Source: Convolutriloba macropyga (lineage: Eukaryota). From it: a stretch of DNA of 64,000 nt. The stretch spans positions 16,430,001 through 16,494,000 of the forward strand of contig NC_134473.1 of NCBI RefSeq assembly GCF_964194025.1, given 5' to 3'. A program made the position numbers and the translations under genes. The notes beneath the pieces were generated by a model, which was given only the letters and a program-made list of their open reading frames with translations, ran no database searches and was not told the DNA's origin. Positions 1 to 13,073 of this stretch are shown piece after piece (position 1 is the stretch's first letter; the number at the start of each line of letters is the position of its first letter).

Positions 1-47
1 GAATTAAAAGTGATTTGTTATTATTACAGAGGAGTAATGGTAACATA

Positions 48-209
48 ATGCTGAGTATATTTGCTTACGGAGGACATTTTGGGCGGCCGCTCATTCGATC
101 TTTCTGCCAACAACTCAAAGAGTCAGAGGAAAGACAAAGAAGAGAAAACCTAACCAGGCTAATTACAGCATCATGTGGATTTCCCAAAAAGTCATCTCTG
201 CCAGGCCTT
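48..209 (+). CDS. PPTC7: PTC7-family PP2C phosphatase, coding exon 1 (mitochondrial-presequence-like N-terminus)
   Basis: ATG at 48 gives MLSIFAYGGHFGRPLIRSF...LITASCGFPKK, resembling the metazoan PTC7 N-terminus (MFSVLSYG...LVTAGCGF). Ends at donor CTT|GTACGT (210), phase 0. Confidence 0.85.
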
Positions 210-393
210 GTACGTATAGCTCTTCATAGTTAAAGCCTAGCTTTCGTCCTTTTGAATTCTAATTTTGGTTATTGGGAGTGAGCATAATGAAGAACCCATA
301 ATGTCGCCTCGAACATTTTCTGATTGCACATCCATCTTGCATCTGCGAGCATGTCTATCAACTTTTTAGTTATTTGTATTAATTGTTTAACAG

Positions 394-547
394 AGTTCAG
401 CTACGGGTCGGGTGAGTCCCAAACTAGGAACTTCTGGCAGTGCAGCTGGGTCACCGTCCACTGGGTTTATCCTCCATCATACTCAGGATGGTATATTTGG
501 TGATGATGCATGGTTTGTGGCAGATTATGACACAACACAAGTTATCG
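394..547 (+). CDS. PPTC7: PTC7 coding exon 2 (may be split by an in-frame 75-nt intron 412-486)
   Basis: Acceptor TTAACAG|394, phase 0. Encodes ...DGIFGDDAWFVADYDTTQVI(G), the PTC7 GDDA motif. Donor G|GTAAG at 548, phase 1, matches exon 3. Confidence 0.85.
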
Positions 548-1062
548 GTAAGATTGACTATAAGCCGAAATCACTGAAAAACAACAATATTCAATTCTCT
601 TCTATTTCATTTTAATAGCCTCGAAACGATAGCGGTTATGGGTTTCATCGTGGTTTTTGCAATAAGAAAAATTTTAATTGTATTGGGTCCCTTTACGACT
701 CTTAGAGGCGTTATAATTTTCTGCTATTTGCGACTTGAAGAAGAACTATGGTGATCTATTTTTTGATTGGTAGTGTGCTTGTGAATCAGAATGTAAAAGT
801 CAATGCGGCACGTGACGAAACTTTAATTGCTATAGTTGTCGGAAAATTAAAGAGGAGAGAAGAGATGGTGGTGTTTTTGTTATACCGGTTTTGAAAACTT
901 AGAAGAAAAATAGAAGTAAGAACGAAAAAAGATTCGACAAGCAAGCCACATTTTTTGTTCATATGCGTTTTTGTTGAAAGCAGTTTTAGCTTTAACTTAA
1001 GCCAGAGTGTTTTTGCACGCGCATATATCAACATTTAATTGCACGTTTGAGATCACTGACAA

Positions 1063-1520
1063 TTAATTGCCCTTAAACCAAGTTTAGCAATTATATTAGT
1101 CATTTAGTGTTCTTTAATGCAATTATTTGATCGATCGATTTTCTTTTCCGTTTGACGCTTGTAACTTAGTGCTCTTAAAAACGGGATAAACTTAATTGTC
1201 CTAAGCGGGTTAGGGTCTTTAAGTGTACAGTTCATAAAAACTGCTTAGAAGGCACAAAATCATTGTAAAGGGCAATTTTTGGCGAGTATGAAAACCGCAA
1301 AACTGAGCCGCCAGCCACGTACGCCCCCCCCCCGCTCCCTCCACACTAACCCCATACCCCATCCACCCCTCCCTAAACGCAGCTCGTTCGACTTCGCCCC
1401 CTTGTGACCCAACTCCGCGTACCACAAACCCCAACCCTAACGCTAGCCACCCGAAGCTCAAGATGGCTACTATCAAAGCTGACCGCTCGCCAGTGTTTGA
1501 AAGCAATTCACCCGACGTTC
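1063..1520 (+). mobile_element. Non-autonomous Helentron-like element family B, short copy
   Basis: 5' end TAATTGCCCTTAAACC...AGCAATT; conserved AAAACGGGATAAAC block; 3' subterminal inverted repeat GTTTGAAAGCAATT followed by CCGACG. Confidence 0.6.
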
Positions 1521-1565
1521 TAATACATTTAGATGCTTTTTTGGACTTTTGTCATTTCCCTTGTT

Positions 1566-1725
1566 GGATCTTATCCGTTTGTGCCCCCAGTACGTTATGA
1601 GCCCCCCAGTTACAGAGCACGTGCCGTTACATAGTAAATCATTATGTAAAAATATGGTATGTGCTTCTGGGGGTGCAAGTAATATGCGCCCACTAAGGGG
1701 GGGGGGGGCTCAAACGGAAAAGATC
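1566..1725. mobile_element. ~160-bp MITE
   Basis: Terminal inverted repeats GGATCTTATCCGTTTGTGCCCCC / GGGGGCTCAAACGGAAAAGATCC. A diverged copy lies at ~60850-61022 and a fragment at ~33335-33370. Confidence 0.6.
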
Positions 1726-2770
1726 CGCCTTTTAGGACGAACTGAAAAAGTAGCGACATTTGAAGGTTTCGGCCTTTTTCTTCGGTCATGATCTTTTTGT
1801 AATATACTCTTGTTCAATCGTTTTTTGAACACTACCATAAGATTTTTTTAACTTAGCGAATGGGAGGCATTTGAGTGCTTGAAGGGACAGATTTAAGCAT
1901 ATAAATAAAACATTGGTGATGATTTTTACGTCTATTTTATTTGTTTCGAAGTATGTGACTATCGTCTGGGTCGTCAATGATCACACAGAAACATTATCAG
2001 AACTCTTTTTTTACTAAAATTGTTGGGTCATCTCATCTTAGATGTTTTTGTAAAATTTTAATTAGACTTCGAATTTTTGCTTAATTTCTTTTCGGTATTC
2101 TCACCATGCTTAGTCTTTTGCCTAATCTATCGATGGCTACTCATCTTTTGAACGAACACTGGACGTATCAAACCTTTGATGAGAATTATTGTGTTCGAGT
2201 GCAACTTGCAGAAATTTTTTTTCCAGTTTTGCTTTTCTCAATGTTTTACTGCTGTTGAGTGAAATTGTGAAATAATGATATTTCGTTTACTTTGATCAGG
2301 CTTCGGACAACTAAATGTGATTCCGGGAGTCTTCGGAAGTTTGAAGAAATCTGTTTCATTGAGTACATAGTTGAGATAAGAGAGAGTATAATTCAAATTT
2401 GAGTAGTATTTTTTTGTCACACTGAAAAAGGAAGTATAGCGGAAAACGTCCAGTTTTGTTCTGGATTTTTTTTACTTTTGTTTTTAAGAGTGAAAATGTG
2501 CTGCTCGAACAAATCTTCCAACAATCAGTCTCTGGCGGTTTTTGTTAACGTGCGAAATTTCGACTATCGTTTTTATCGCTTCTTCAATTTTTCATCGATT
2601 TTTATAAATGGTTTTCAAAAGCTCTTCCTTTTCATTTCTGGCGTTCATATTTTGTTAACTCATTATTTTTTGAATTGTAGTTCAGTAATCTGTTGTCCCT
2701 CTATGTTTGATTCCTCGCAAACGATTTTTGTAGCATTTATGTTATATTAGTCCTGTGATATTTTATGTGA

Positions 2771-3280
2771 TTAATAGTCGCACAGCGATAGCTGGGGCTA
2801 TTATTGGCCTTCTCTTTGTTTTTTTTTATTTCATATTCAACATTTTTGTTACAACCATATGACGTCACAACTACTTCAAATCTGCTATTTGTTCATTCGT
2901 TCATGCAATTTAAACTGAAGTGCGTGCGTGAGGTCATTTTTCGCTCTTAATGGAGCGAGGGTTTTTGTTCATTCGCTTGATTAAATTTTTGGTCACACTT
3001 GACTTACTCACTCAAAAATGACTTCCTCTTTTTGAAATTGACTTTTATTTATTGTAATTCGAAGAGATAGGGTCAAGTGAATTTGTGCCACTCTAATTGA
3101 AGGTTATTTGAGAGCAGCTAATAGAGGCAGCAATAACTTATACAGATTTTTAATCAAAATTTAACATATCATCATTCAATGAAAAGACGATTTTTTTTGG
3201 TCTGTCTTTTTTACTGTTTTTTGAGACTGCAGATCTACGAAGCTATTGCGGCTATTTTCTGGAAATCTGCCAGCTATGTT
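2771..3280 (+). mobile_element. Helentron-like family A, single-module copy
   Basis: 5' TTAATAGTCGCACAGCGATAGCTGGGGCTATT; 3' GCGGCTATT subterminal repeat, hairpin CTGG(A)AATCTGCCAG, then CTATGTT. The body matches 12640-13070, 15750-16197 and 22565-22997. Confidence 0.7.
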
Positions 3281-4599
3281 TTTTTTCTTGAAGATTTTTT
3301 GAGGCTTTCAACTTATCGCCCTCATAAACGGGGTAAACAGGGAAAGCTCAAATGGCAACGAGTCAATGAGCACGCCTCTTAGAGGTCTGATAGTTTCTAA
3401 CCCTTACATTTAAGCAAGATGTCGAGTTAACACACGACAAAGAATTTTTCAACCCTGTTATTCTTGAAAACGGGTTATTAAGGTGTGGTTTTATTTGGAC
3501 TAAATCTGGAACATAAGCAATGAATGGAATAATTTTTTTAGCTGCGAAGCTGTAAGTTAAGTAGAGCTATATTGCTGTGCTCTTGGATTTTTGTTTCGTC
3601 GTTTGACACTCTTTTTCGTTTTACATTTTTTCACACAGCGAACTTGAAAACGTCAAGATTTCTGAATGACTTCTTCCTCTCACTAACGGCGTTTGAGCGC
3701 GTGACGTCATTTCTCATTCTCTCTCTAGCAAAGGTTTTAAGACAATTTGCGTGATTAGATTTTGATCATACGTGACGTACCTCACTCAATAAAATGACTT
3801 TCGCAGAAGGTCAAAGGAGCTCATATGTGCAGTAAAGGTCCCTAATAAAAGGCTTTTGCGGAATTAATTTTAACAAGCTTTAATAACTTATCGCTGAATG
3901 TTTTTTAGATACGTTTTTGAGCGGCGTCAATTTTTTAGATCCAATTTAGATCTATGTTTCTATCTCTATTATACAGCACGCAAGTCTATTCCGTCGCAGC
4001 TATTCCGCGAATTAGCCGGCTATGTTCTTCTTTGCGAATAGTATTATGCTATTGAAACCAAATAATAATTCAAGTAGTGGAGTTTACTCAGGAAGCAAAA
4101 AAAATGATAATGGTAATAATTGGACTAAGTATTTAATGTCGAAACTTGCAAAAATGGTAGTACTTAGAAGTCCCTCTTTCAAACTTGGCAATACGGCAAA
4201 TATTGAAAATCAATTGGTAATTGTGAAAATTTTTATATTGCTGTTTTTATCCTCATTAAAAAGATACACAAGTGTACATTTCAGTCAATTTAGTTGCCTG
4301 AAGGGGAAATCATCCTCCCTGAATAATCTGGCTATCTCATAGGGTTGTTTTCCCTACGATTTGGTGGAAGTATTGTCAGGCTCAAATGAACAATAATGCA
4401 TTATTATTTAGGTAACAATTTGTCATATGCTTTTTTGATATCAATTACGATGTTTAGGAACGAAATCAGAGCACATTTCATCTGTTATCTTAATAAGCGG
4501 CAGTTTACTTAAAGTGAAATCAAAAGTAAGGCGTAATTGGTTTCTTTTTCAAATCTTTGTCGTGGTCTATGATAAACTCTAATATTTAAGCCGCTTATT

Positions 4600-7500
4600 G
4601 ATAGCCGCCCTCATCTCAGCCGGCTATTATAGCGCTCCTATTTTTTTACAATTCAAAGAATTGAATTGTATTGGGGCGCTGTCTTTTTACGACTCGAAGA
4701 GGAGTATTGGTTTTCTCTCGGTTTTTACGACTCGAAGAGGAGTATTGGTTTTCTCTCGGTTTTTTTTTTACAGGAAATAGATTTTTACGACTCGAAGAGG
4801 AGTATTGGTTTGCTCTCGGTTTTTACGACATGAAGAGAAGTATTGGTTTTCTCTCGGTTTTTTACAATTCAAAGAATTTGAATTGTATTGGGGTGCTGTC
4901 TTTTTATGACTGGAAGAGGAGTATTGGAGAAGTCCTTTTTTAAATCAATTTTATTGGAGTGATTTTTGAAGCGGGAAATGAAACGCGTGAAAAAATTTGG
5001 AGTGATTTTGGCGCTGAACAAAAGTGAAGAGCGGAGCGATAAGAGAGTGGTTTTTGTTCATACCGCTGTTTTTGAGAGAGCGAGAAATTGATGTGTGAAA
5101 AAATTTTCTCTAAGCGAGCGAATTTTTTTGTTCACGTGCGGCATTTTAAAGCAGTTTTTTCCATTTATTTTGGTTAAGAGGTTTGGTTATGATTTTGTTT
5201 TAATTTTAGGCTGGTTTCGGTAGTGCTTTGAAGATTTCTGGAAATTAATATGAATTTTATGATATTTCGGAGGTTTTTATGTATTTTGCTGATTTTCGGG
5301 CGAATTTTTGCTGTTTTTTGACGATTATTTTGTTTTACTGGCTCAAATGGGTATTGAAGAAACCCCTTCTCTTTGAGCAATTTTATGATAACAATTGGTT
5401 ACAGTTTTGTGAGTAAGAATCGTTTTGTTGAGAAATATGACAAAAAATGGCGAAAATTGGAACTATTTTTCTTAATTTTTTGCACTTTTTTGTTTTTTTT
5501 TCTGTTTTTAGCCAAGTTTCTTTGCCGATTATGACTTGCCAATTGTTTTGTGAGCATCTGGATACCCTATGGGCTCAAGGGAATTTTTCTTTGGATTTAT
5601 ATGTTTTTGAAATATTAAAAAAATAAGTAACTTTTTCCAGTTTTTCAGTGAAAGTTGTTTTTAAAAGCTTTTTTTCATAATTTTAGCCTAAAGTATTTTT
5701 TCAAAATTAAAATAAGTGGTTTTTGTAAGTACTAGTTGTATTGTTGAAGTTATTTTGGCAGAGATAGTTTTTTCGGGATCTCAATTTATATTAAAATTTG
5801 ATCAGATTTTTTATCATATTTTAACAGATCAGATTTGATTGTTTTTACTTTTTTGTTCCAAGATAATCATAAATTAGTGAAGGCACGTTTTGTTTGATGA
5901 GTAGTTGGACGGTGTTTAAAAGGATTTTCACTTCGAGTCGTTTCCGGAATTCTTCCGGCTATGTTTTTTTTAAGATTTGTTCTCACATTTTCATGATATT
6001 TGAAGTCAAATTGGAGTAGTGATTTTGGTCACGCCGAAACAGGAAATGGAGCGAAAAAGCGAGTTGTTATGCGGCGTGAATTTTGTTCGATCTAATTTTA
6101 AAGTAGAGTGAGAAAACGGTGTTTGAACAAAAATTCGGTTTCTCGGTAGTGGTTTTTTTGTTCACATGCGGCAATTTCACACTGATTTTTCCTATTTTTT
6201 CGATTTTTTGGATTGGATTTTTTATGATTTTCTCAATCCATTCACAGCTCATTTTAGGCCTAGTTTTTTGTTTGAGTTAAATTTTTATTTCTCGCTAGTG
6301 GTTTTTTTGTTAACATGCGGAATTTTGACATTGATTTTGTTTTTTTTTCTTATTTTATCTGATTTTTTTTAAATGGTTTTCTCAATTCACTCATAGTCCA
6401 TTCTAGGTCTAGTTTTTCTGTTCAGTCAATGAAATGAAAATTCTTTGAATTGTACGTCAGGACTTGTCCTGCTATTTTTTTTTCAGGAAGTAGATTTGTT
6501 CACGCGGCATTTTGACCTAAGATTTTCGCTAAGCGAGAGAAGTTTTTTGATCATGTGCTGCGTTTAGTGAATGACTTTTTGACTGTGAAAAGTAGTTTTT
6601 GACTGAATTGCACATATAGTCCTTGATTTGAGTTAATTTTTGGCTTTTTTATTCTATTTTCTTCATTTTTGGATCTTTTAACCGTTTTTTGTCAAAAATC
6701 AGTAAATATGGCAACTTCTTTTTGATAATTCCTATGCTCAACGCCTCTTTCTACCTCGATGTAATTTTGGTTCATAAAAGTGTACATATGCTAATCCGAT
6801 TTTGGTAGTTTTTTTTCGATTTTTGTCAGTTTTTCGTTTGTATTTTGGTTGTAATTGGTAGAAATAGTTTTTTTGTGCAACATGGGGGACTTTAATTTCG
6901 TTTCAATAAAATTCAATCACTTTTTGGCGTTCAGTTTTGAAAAAACAGGTAAAACTTTTTTCATAAGTCTAGTTAGAAGTTCTTTGACCATTTTTTAAAT
7001 TGATTTTTATTTTTCAAAAATCAAGAATGTCATTTTGTTAGGGTGTTCCTTACATTGTGCCCATATTCGCATTCTAGTTAGTATCATTCTAGTTTTGTCC
7101 TGGTATCTACATTTATTTTCGGTATTTTGATTTTTTCAGTTGTAAAAAATGAATGATTTCAGCTTTTTTTTTAGATTTTCGTCATTTCTTTGGTTTGCAA
7201 TTGATTTCATTCAACCTAAGGCAGTACTGAGAGTTTGATAGCAAGCTTTTTCAAAAACTTCCACTTATGACTAATTACTACAGCGTTCTTCCGGCCTCGT
7301 TATTAATTAAAACGATTTTTTGCCTTTGAATATTCTGCTGTTTATGTCTTTTCTGTGATCAATTTTATTTTTGATTTAGTATGAGATCATGTTGTCTAGC
7401 TTATGTACAAGAAAACAGGTGCGTTGTTTTTTGTCTTAATCGCAGTGATTAGAAGTGTAATTTTAGGTGTTTTCTGATTTTTAAATTTGAGCTTTCCATT

Positions 7501-8929
7501 TTGAAAAGATATAACTTAGTTTCTAATATTATTATCTGCCGTTTGCGTTCGCGATCTTTTTCAGATTAGAATCATGAATTATTTGAGGGCTATTGATAAC
7601 CTTGCCAGCTTTTTCATAATATCAGGTTTTGAACATTTTAATTATTTTGGATTTTTTTAACGTTACCAAACGTTTTCAATAATATAAAATTTTGCTGCAT
7701 TTTGTTTCTCTTGTTGACAGTGGTCTAAGTTTCACCAATTTTTAGAGCAGACCTGGAGAGGTAGTGAGTTAATGGTTTAATACAAAAGGTAGTGGCTTCC
7801 ACTGCAATTACTGTTTCGTCAGCGATGTTTTGAAGCTTCGAGTCGCTTCCGGAATTCTTCCGGCTATGTTTTTTTTCAGATCTGTTCACACGTTTTCATG
7901 ATTTTTGAAGTCAAATTGGACTAGTGACTTTGCTCACGCCGAAACAGGAAGTAGAGCGAAAAAACGAGTGGTTTTGTGGCGTGAAATTTTTTTGCTCTAA
8001 TTTTAAAGTAGAGTGAGAATACGGTGTTTGAACAAAAATTCGCTTTATCGGTAGTGGTTTTTTTGTTCACATGCGGTAATTTCCCACTGATTTTTCCTAT
8101 TTTTTCGATTTTTGGATCGGATTTTTTTAAAATGATTTTCTCAATCCATTCGCAGCTCATTCTAGGCCTAGTTTTTTGTTTGAGTTAAATTTTTATTTCT
8201 CGCTAGTGGTTTTTTTGTTCACATGCGGAACATCAGTGCGAACGCACGTTAACAAGCCGTCTTGTTTACTTCGATTTTTACTGTTTTTTCGATTTTTTGG
8301 ATCGGATTTTTTTCTAAATGGTTTTTGCAATCCATTCATAGTCCGTTCTAGGTCTAGTTTTCTGTTTAGTCAATGAAAATTCTTTGAATTGTACGTCAAG
8401 ACTTGTCCTGCTATGTTTTTTTTTACTTCGTCGAACAAAAAAAATGTTTCGCTTTACCTCATTTTACCGCGTTTTCAACATTTTGCGTGAAATCTTTTTG
8501 ACTTCTCTATGCTAGTTTCTCTCTTCTCTCATTCTGCTTAAAGTGATTTTGAACATCAGGTGCTCAGCAAAGCAATTCAAATTGAACAGAGTCAGTATAA
8601 AAAATTGAAGTCAGAAATAGAAACGGGATAAACCCATAAAGCCCAATTTTAGATGCCCGCTATTTGAACGTCGTTCCTATAAATATTAGTTACCTCTCTC
8701 TAATGCTTATTAGTTTTGAGAGTTCCCCCTGTAATCTCTCTAAGAAACAGAAGTATGTTCAACTACGAAATGCCATCAAAATAAATCGGACTTAAAATAT
8801 GTTTTTGTACAAAAATCTTTTTTTTTTCAATATCTATTCTTTCAATCCCAATCATGCTTATTGGAATCAACGGCGGCTATTTTCCGGCAATCTGCCGTTT
8901 ATGTTTCCGGCAATCTGCCGTTTATGTTT
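4600..8929 (+). mobile_element. Helentron-like family A, ~4.3-kb composite copy
   Basis: 5' ATAGCCGCCCTCATCTCAGCCGGCTATT. Internal hairpin+CTAT(G) ends at ~5963, ~6475, ~7867 and ~8415. Terminal GGCGGCTATTTTCCGGCAATCTGCCG, with the last 23 bp duplicated in tandem. Confidence 0.6.
4684..4927 (+). repeat. 38-bp minisatellite inside the family A element
   Basis: About five copies of TTTTTACGACTCGAAGAGGAGTATTGGTTTTCTCTCGG. Confidence 0.85.
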
Positions 8930-10724
8930 GAGTTTTTATCGCCCCTGACCACTTTGTCGTTTGAGAGCATTTCATCCGATGTTATTCGGTTGTGTTTAAA
9001 ATCATTCTTGGACGGACTATAAAAATTAAGGACACTTAGACTTAATTGAACTGCCCAGATTGCCTCTGTGGAAAAAAGCCGTTCAAACTTCATCCAAAGT
9101 TTGCTGAAAAATTAGCAGAGTTCTTGCGAAACTATTTTACTTGAGGGTACTTCTTAATTAGTTCCGTCTTTGAGCACCGTGCTGACACGGAGACTCGAAT
9201 AATATTGATTAACTTGAACTGACGAATTCGTGCTAAATTGTATATTTTTTGGCGTCTTAGATATTTTGTCAGCTTTTTTCGTTTTTGTTGTCGGCTTTTT
9301 GTCGATTTTTGTACGTAATTGTTAAATTTTCCAATTTGGTTGGTTTTGAATTTGTTTTTAAACTTAACGTCCCTTCGAAGCTGAAATCTCTTCTATGGAC
9401 AATTTTTACTGAGTAGCGTGAACAGAGTCATCAGAGCACGCATGGTCTAGAAGTCTTTACTTTGATATAAAAGCTGTTTTTATTTAATATTATGGCCGTT
9501 TTCTTTTTAAAAAAGTAATATCATTCCCATGATTATAATCATGACGGGGCTATGAGCTATATGACAACTAAACTGGCAGAGGGCTAAACTTGAAAAGCCC
9601 CAAAGATTTAAGTGTTTTTAAATCACTTTTTTTGTTTTTTTTATCACTTTTCTGTTACTTTATATCCTGAGGTCATTTCTCATACCAAAATCGGTCGTAC
9701 CGTTTTCATTCATGGTTATATCGTATATGCGGAGTAAGTTTTTTTTGTCACAGTGATTGAACTGTTATTATGCGATTCAAATTGATAAGTTTTTATTTAC
9801 TGATAATTTTTGACAAATGAGCACAAAGTTTTGTGCAAGTTTTCATCACAGCTCGCTTCGCTTTGTTAATTGGCGTTCACAATACTTTGTTCACCGCGAT
9901 GTTCTTTGTTATCTTTAACGGTCAGTAAATTCGTGCAGCATATTATAAATGTTTTCTGGAGCTGAAAACAAACTCTTGTTTTATTTATGCAAAAGAGTTG
10001 TAAAGCAATGCTCTCTCTGAATATGGCAATTGATGAATTGAAAATAAACAAACAAATAATGCAGCATGAACTTTAAAAGGTCCTGCCGAGGTATTCAGTT
10101 GAGCAAACAACTCAAGCTCAATGCGAAACGACAGACTATGCTTAGTTCTTTTAAAATCTCAAAAATTTGCTGAACTGTATGTGCACTGGACTTGAATTTA
10201 ATTAATGTTTTGATCAGCTGATAGGATGCAAATGATATTTGTGTTGCGTTGTTTATTGGGCTTTGCTTAAGTCTATAGGAATAAGATAGGCGAAAAGCAA
10301 TGTCATAATGTGTCTTTGATAGTCAAGTGCTTGATGTTTGCATTATGTCAAGCATATTCCACGAGGTATAATCAACACTAAAACGAATTGCAACTTGAAC
10401 AATGAATATCGGAACAGAAAATTCGATAGAATGTAAAAAGCATGCTGCTGCTTTTATTTCAATGGTCACCCCCCCCCCCCCCCCCGCCTTCTCTCGAATC
10501 GTGTTCAGATAGCTGTTGTCCCTTTCCTGGTTTAAGAATTGAAGGAAAGCTAGGACCGACTGCAGTAACACAACCATTGTGCTGCTGCCACCAATTTTGT
10601 TGGAATGCATTTTTCAGTTTCCGGGAAAATTATATCCTTTATGCGTAAATGGCATTATACCAGTGAATCCTCAACGATTTTGTGCGCTACAATAAAAGTA
10701 GGAAGTTTTAATATTGTCTTTTAG

Positions 10725-11245
10725 GTGTTGCCGATGGCGTGGGTGGTTGGCGGGACTATGGCGTTGACGCCAGCGTGTTTCCACGTCACCTTATGAAACA
10801 ATGTGAACGAATTGTGAAAGAAGGGCGCTTCCAGGTTCAGAGACCAACCTCAATCTTATCAGGTGGCTACGATGCCATGTATGACTTGAAGCAGCCTATT
10901 GTTGGCAGCAGTACAGTTTGCATTGTCGTGTTGGAACGACTGGCTAATACTCTCTACTCAGCTAACTTGGGCGATTCGGGTTGCCTAGTGGTCCGTTCGG
11001 GTTCAATTGTGCACAGAACTGCCATGCAACAACATTTTTTCAACACTCCATTCCAATTGGCAATGTTGCCCCCGCCTGTGCCGGGCGAGGCTGAAGGGGG
11101 CATTTTGAGCGACAGGGTAGTCGACTGCAGTGAAGAGAGATTCCAGTTACAAGTGGGCGATATTGTAATGGTCGCGACCGATGGTTTGTTCGACAACTTA
11201 GCAGACTCGCATATTTTGAAGGAGTTGAACTACTTAGATAAGAAG
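10725..11245 (+). CDS. PPTC7: PTC7 coding exon 3 (catalytic core)
   Basis: Acceptor TTTTAG|10725 completes (G)VADGVGGWRDYGVD. Also contains GSSTVCIVVL, ANLGDSG, QQHFFNTPFQL and ATDGLFDN. Donor AAG|GTAATG at 11246. Confidence 0.95.
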
Positions 11246-11540
11246 GTAATGCTTTTGGTATTCTACTTAAAGAAGCTTTTGCTGCATAATTTTGCTGTCG
11301 AAACTTGATCCTACAATTTCCATTGGTTTTTGAATTTTTTTGCTATCGGGCTAATCGATTTTACCAATAATTTCACTCATAAGTTCTTGGCAATTACAAT
11401 GCCTCTGAGTTTAACATGTTTTCAAGTGACCGCTTTTACTGCTCTTTTTCTACGATTCGCTTTTACTATTACTAAATTGCACCTGATGTAAATTTTTGTG
11501 TAGCTCGAACATACAATAGTTGCTAAGTGTATTTCTTTAG

Positions 11541-11910
11541 TCCCCAGATGAGGATCTGCTGCGAGACACAGTAGAGAGACTAGCGACCAAGGCCAGACAG
11601 ATGTCACATGACCCACACTACAGCTCCCCATTCAGTAAACTGGCGAGACTAGAGGCAGGCCTCAACATCACGGGAGGCAAACCAGACGATATCACAGTGC
11701 TACTTTCCTGGGTTGCACCTCCCGGGGAGTCGGCGAGAACTGTGAAATCGTCACCATCTGAGCGGCACACAAACAAGCCAACCACTCATGCTGGATACCA
11801 ACATCATGCAGCGTCTGCACTCCAAATGAATCATTCTACTTCCGCAACAAGAAACTCAACAGTTGTTTCCTACAATGCTCCAACCACTTCAAACGACACT
11901 TGTTCATCAA
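11541..11910 (+). CDS. PPTC7: PTC7 coding exon 4 (end of PP2C domain plus start of low-complexity tail)
   Basis: Acceptor TTCTTTAG|11541, phase 0. Encodes SPDEDLLRDTVERLATKARQMSHDPHYSSPF...GGKPDDITVLL. Donor A|GTAAGG at 11911 (phase 1); read-through would stop at 11987. Confidence 0.88.
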
Positions 11911-12052
11911 GTAAGGAATTTAATAGAGCCCTTCGAAATAATTGCGGCTTGCATTTATTTCGAGGTAGATACGAGCTACGGGCTTAACCGAATTGCTTTC
12001 TAATTGCTCTTAAACGAAGTTTGTAGCAATTATATTAGTCCTGTCGGTCTTT

Positions 12053-13073
12053 TTAATAGCGATAGCTGGGGCTATTATTGGCCTTCTCTTGGTTTTTTAC
12101 AATTCAAAGAATTTGAATTGTATTGGGGCGCTGTCTTTTTTTTAAGATCTGTTCACACATTTTCATGATTTTTGAAGTCAAATTGGAGTGGTGATTTTGG
12201 TCACGCCGAAACAGGAAATGGAGCGAAAAAGCGATTCTCCGTATTCTCACTATTTTAAAGTAGAGTGAGAATACGGTGTTTGAACAAAAATTTGCTTTAT
12301 CGGTAGTGTTTTTTTGTTCACATGCGGCAATTTCACTTTGATTTTTACTGTTTTTTTTTTCGATTTTTTGGATCGGATTTTTTTTTCGAAATAATCCCAA
12401 TCCTTTCATATTTCATTCTAGGCCTAGTTCTTTGTTTGAACCAATTTTCCTTTTCTCGCTAGTGGCTTTTTTGTTCACATGCGGCATTTTGACATTAATT
12501 TTGAGTTTTTTTAAATATTTTTATCTGATTTTTTTAGAATTGGTTTTCCCAATTCTGTGCTAGTCCGGTCTAGGTCTAGTGTATTGTTTAGTCGATGAAA
12601 ATTCTTTGAATTGTACGTCAGGACTTGTCCTGTTATGTTTTTTTATTTCGTCGCCAAGATTTTTGTTACAACCATGTGACGTCACAGCCACTTTTCGTTC
12701 ATTCGTTCATGCAATTTCAACTGAATTGCATGTGTGACGTCATTTTTCGCTCTTAGTGGAGCGAGTTTTTTGTTCATGCGCGTGATTAAATTTTTAGTCA
12801 CACTTGACTTACCTCACTCTCAAAAATGACTTCCTCACTTTGAAATTGACTTTTATTTACTTTAATTCAAAGAGATAAGGTCAAATGGGTGTGTCACTCT
12901 AAATGAAGGTTATTTGAGATCAGCTAATAGAGGTAGCAATAACCTATACAGATTTTTAATCAAAATATAACAGATCAGCCTTCAATGAAAAGACAATTTT
13001 TTGTTGTCTTTTTTACTGTTTTTTTAGACTGCCTATCTATGAATCTATTTTCTGGCAATCTGCCAGCTATGTT
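12053..13073 (+). mobile_element. Family A two-module copy nested in family B
   Basis: Inserted in the T-run of GGTCTTTT|TTATGCG; the empty site is visible in the family B copy at 16743-16757. No TSD other than Ts. Internal end CAGGACTTGTCCTG-TTATG at ~12620-12637. Confidence 0.75.

Noticed and set aside
1205-1445. Telomere-like GGGTTAGGG/CCCTAA words
   Set aside because: Isolated single units within a family B element, not an array.
4684-4927. 38-bp repeats resembling a CRISPR array
   Set aside because: The repeats are adjacent with no unique spacers, there are no cas genes and the context is eukaryotic; it is a minisatellite within a transposon.
10442-10648. Poly-proline ORF just before PTC7 exon 3
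   Set aside because: It arises from an intronic C homopolymer; exon 2 joins exon 3 in phase without it.
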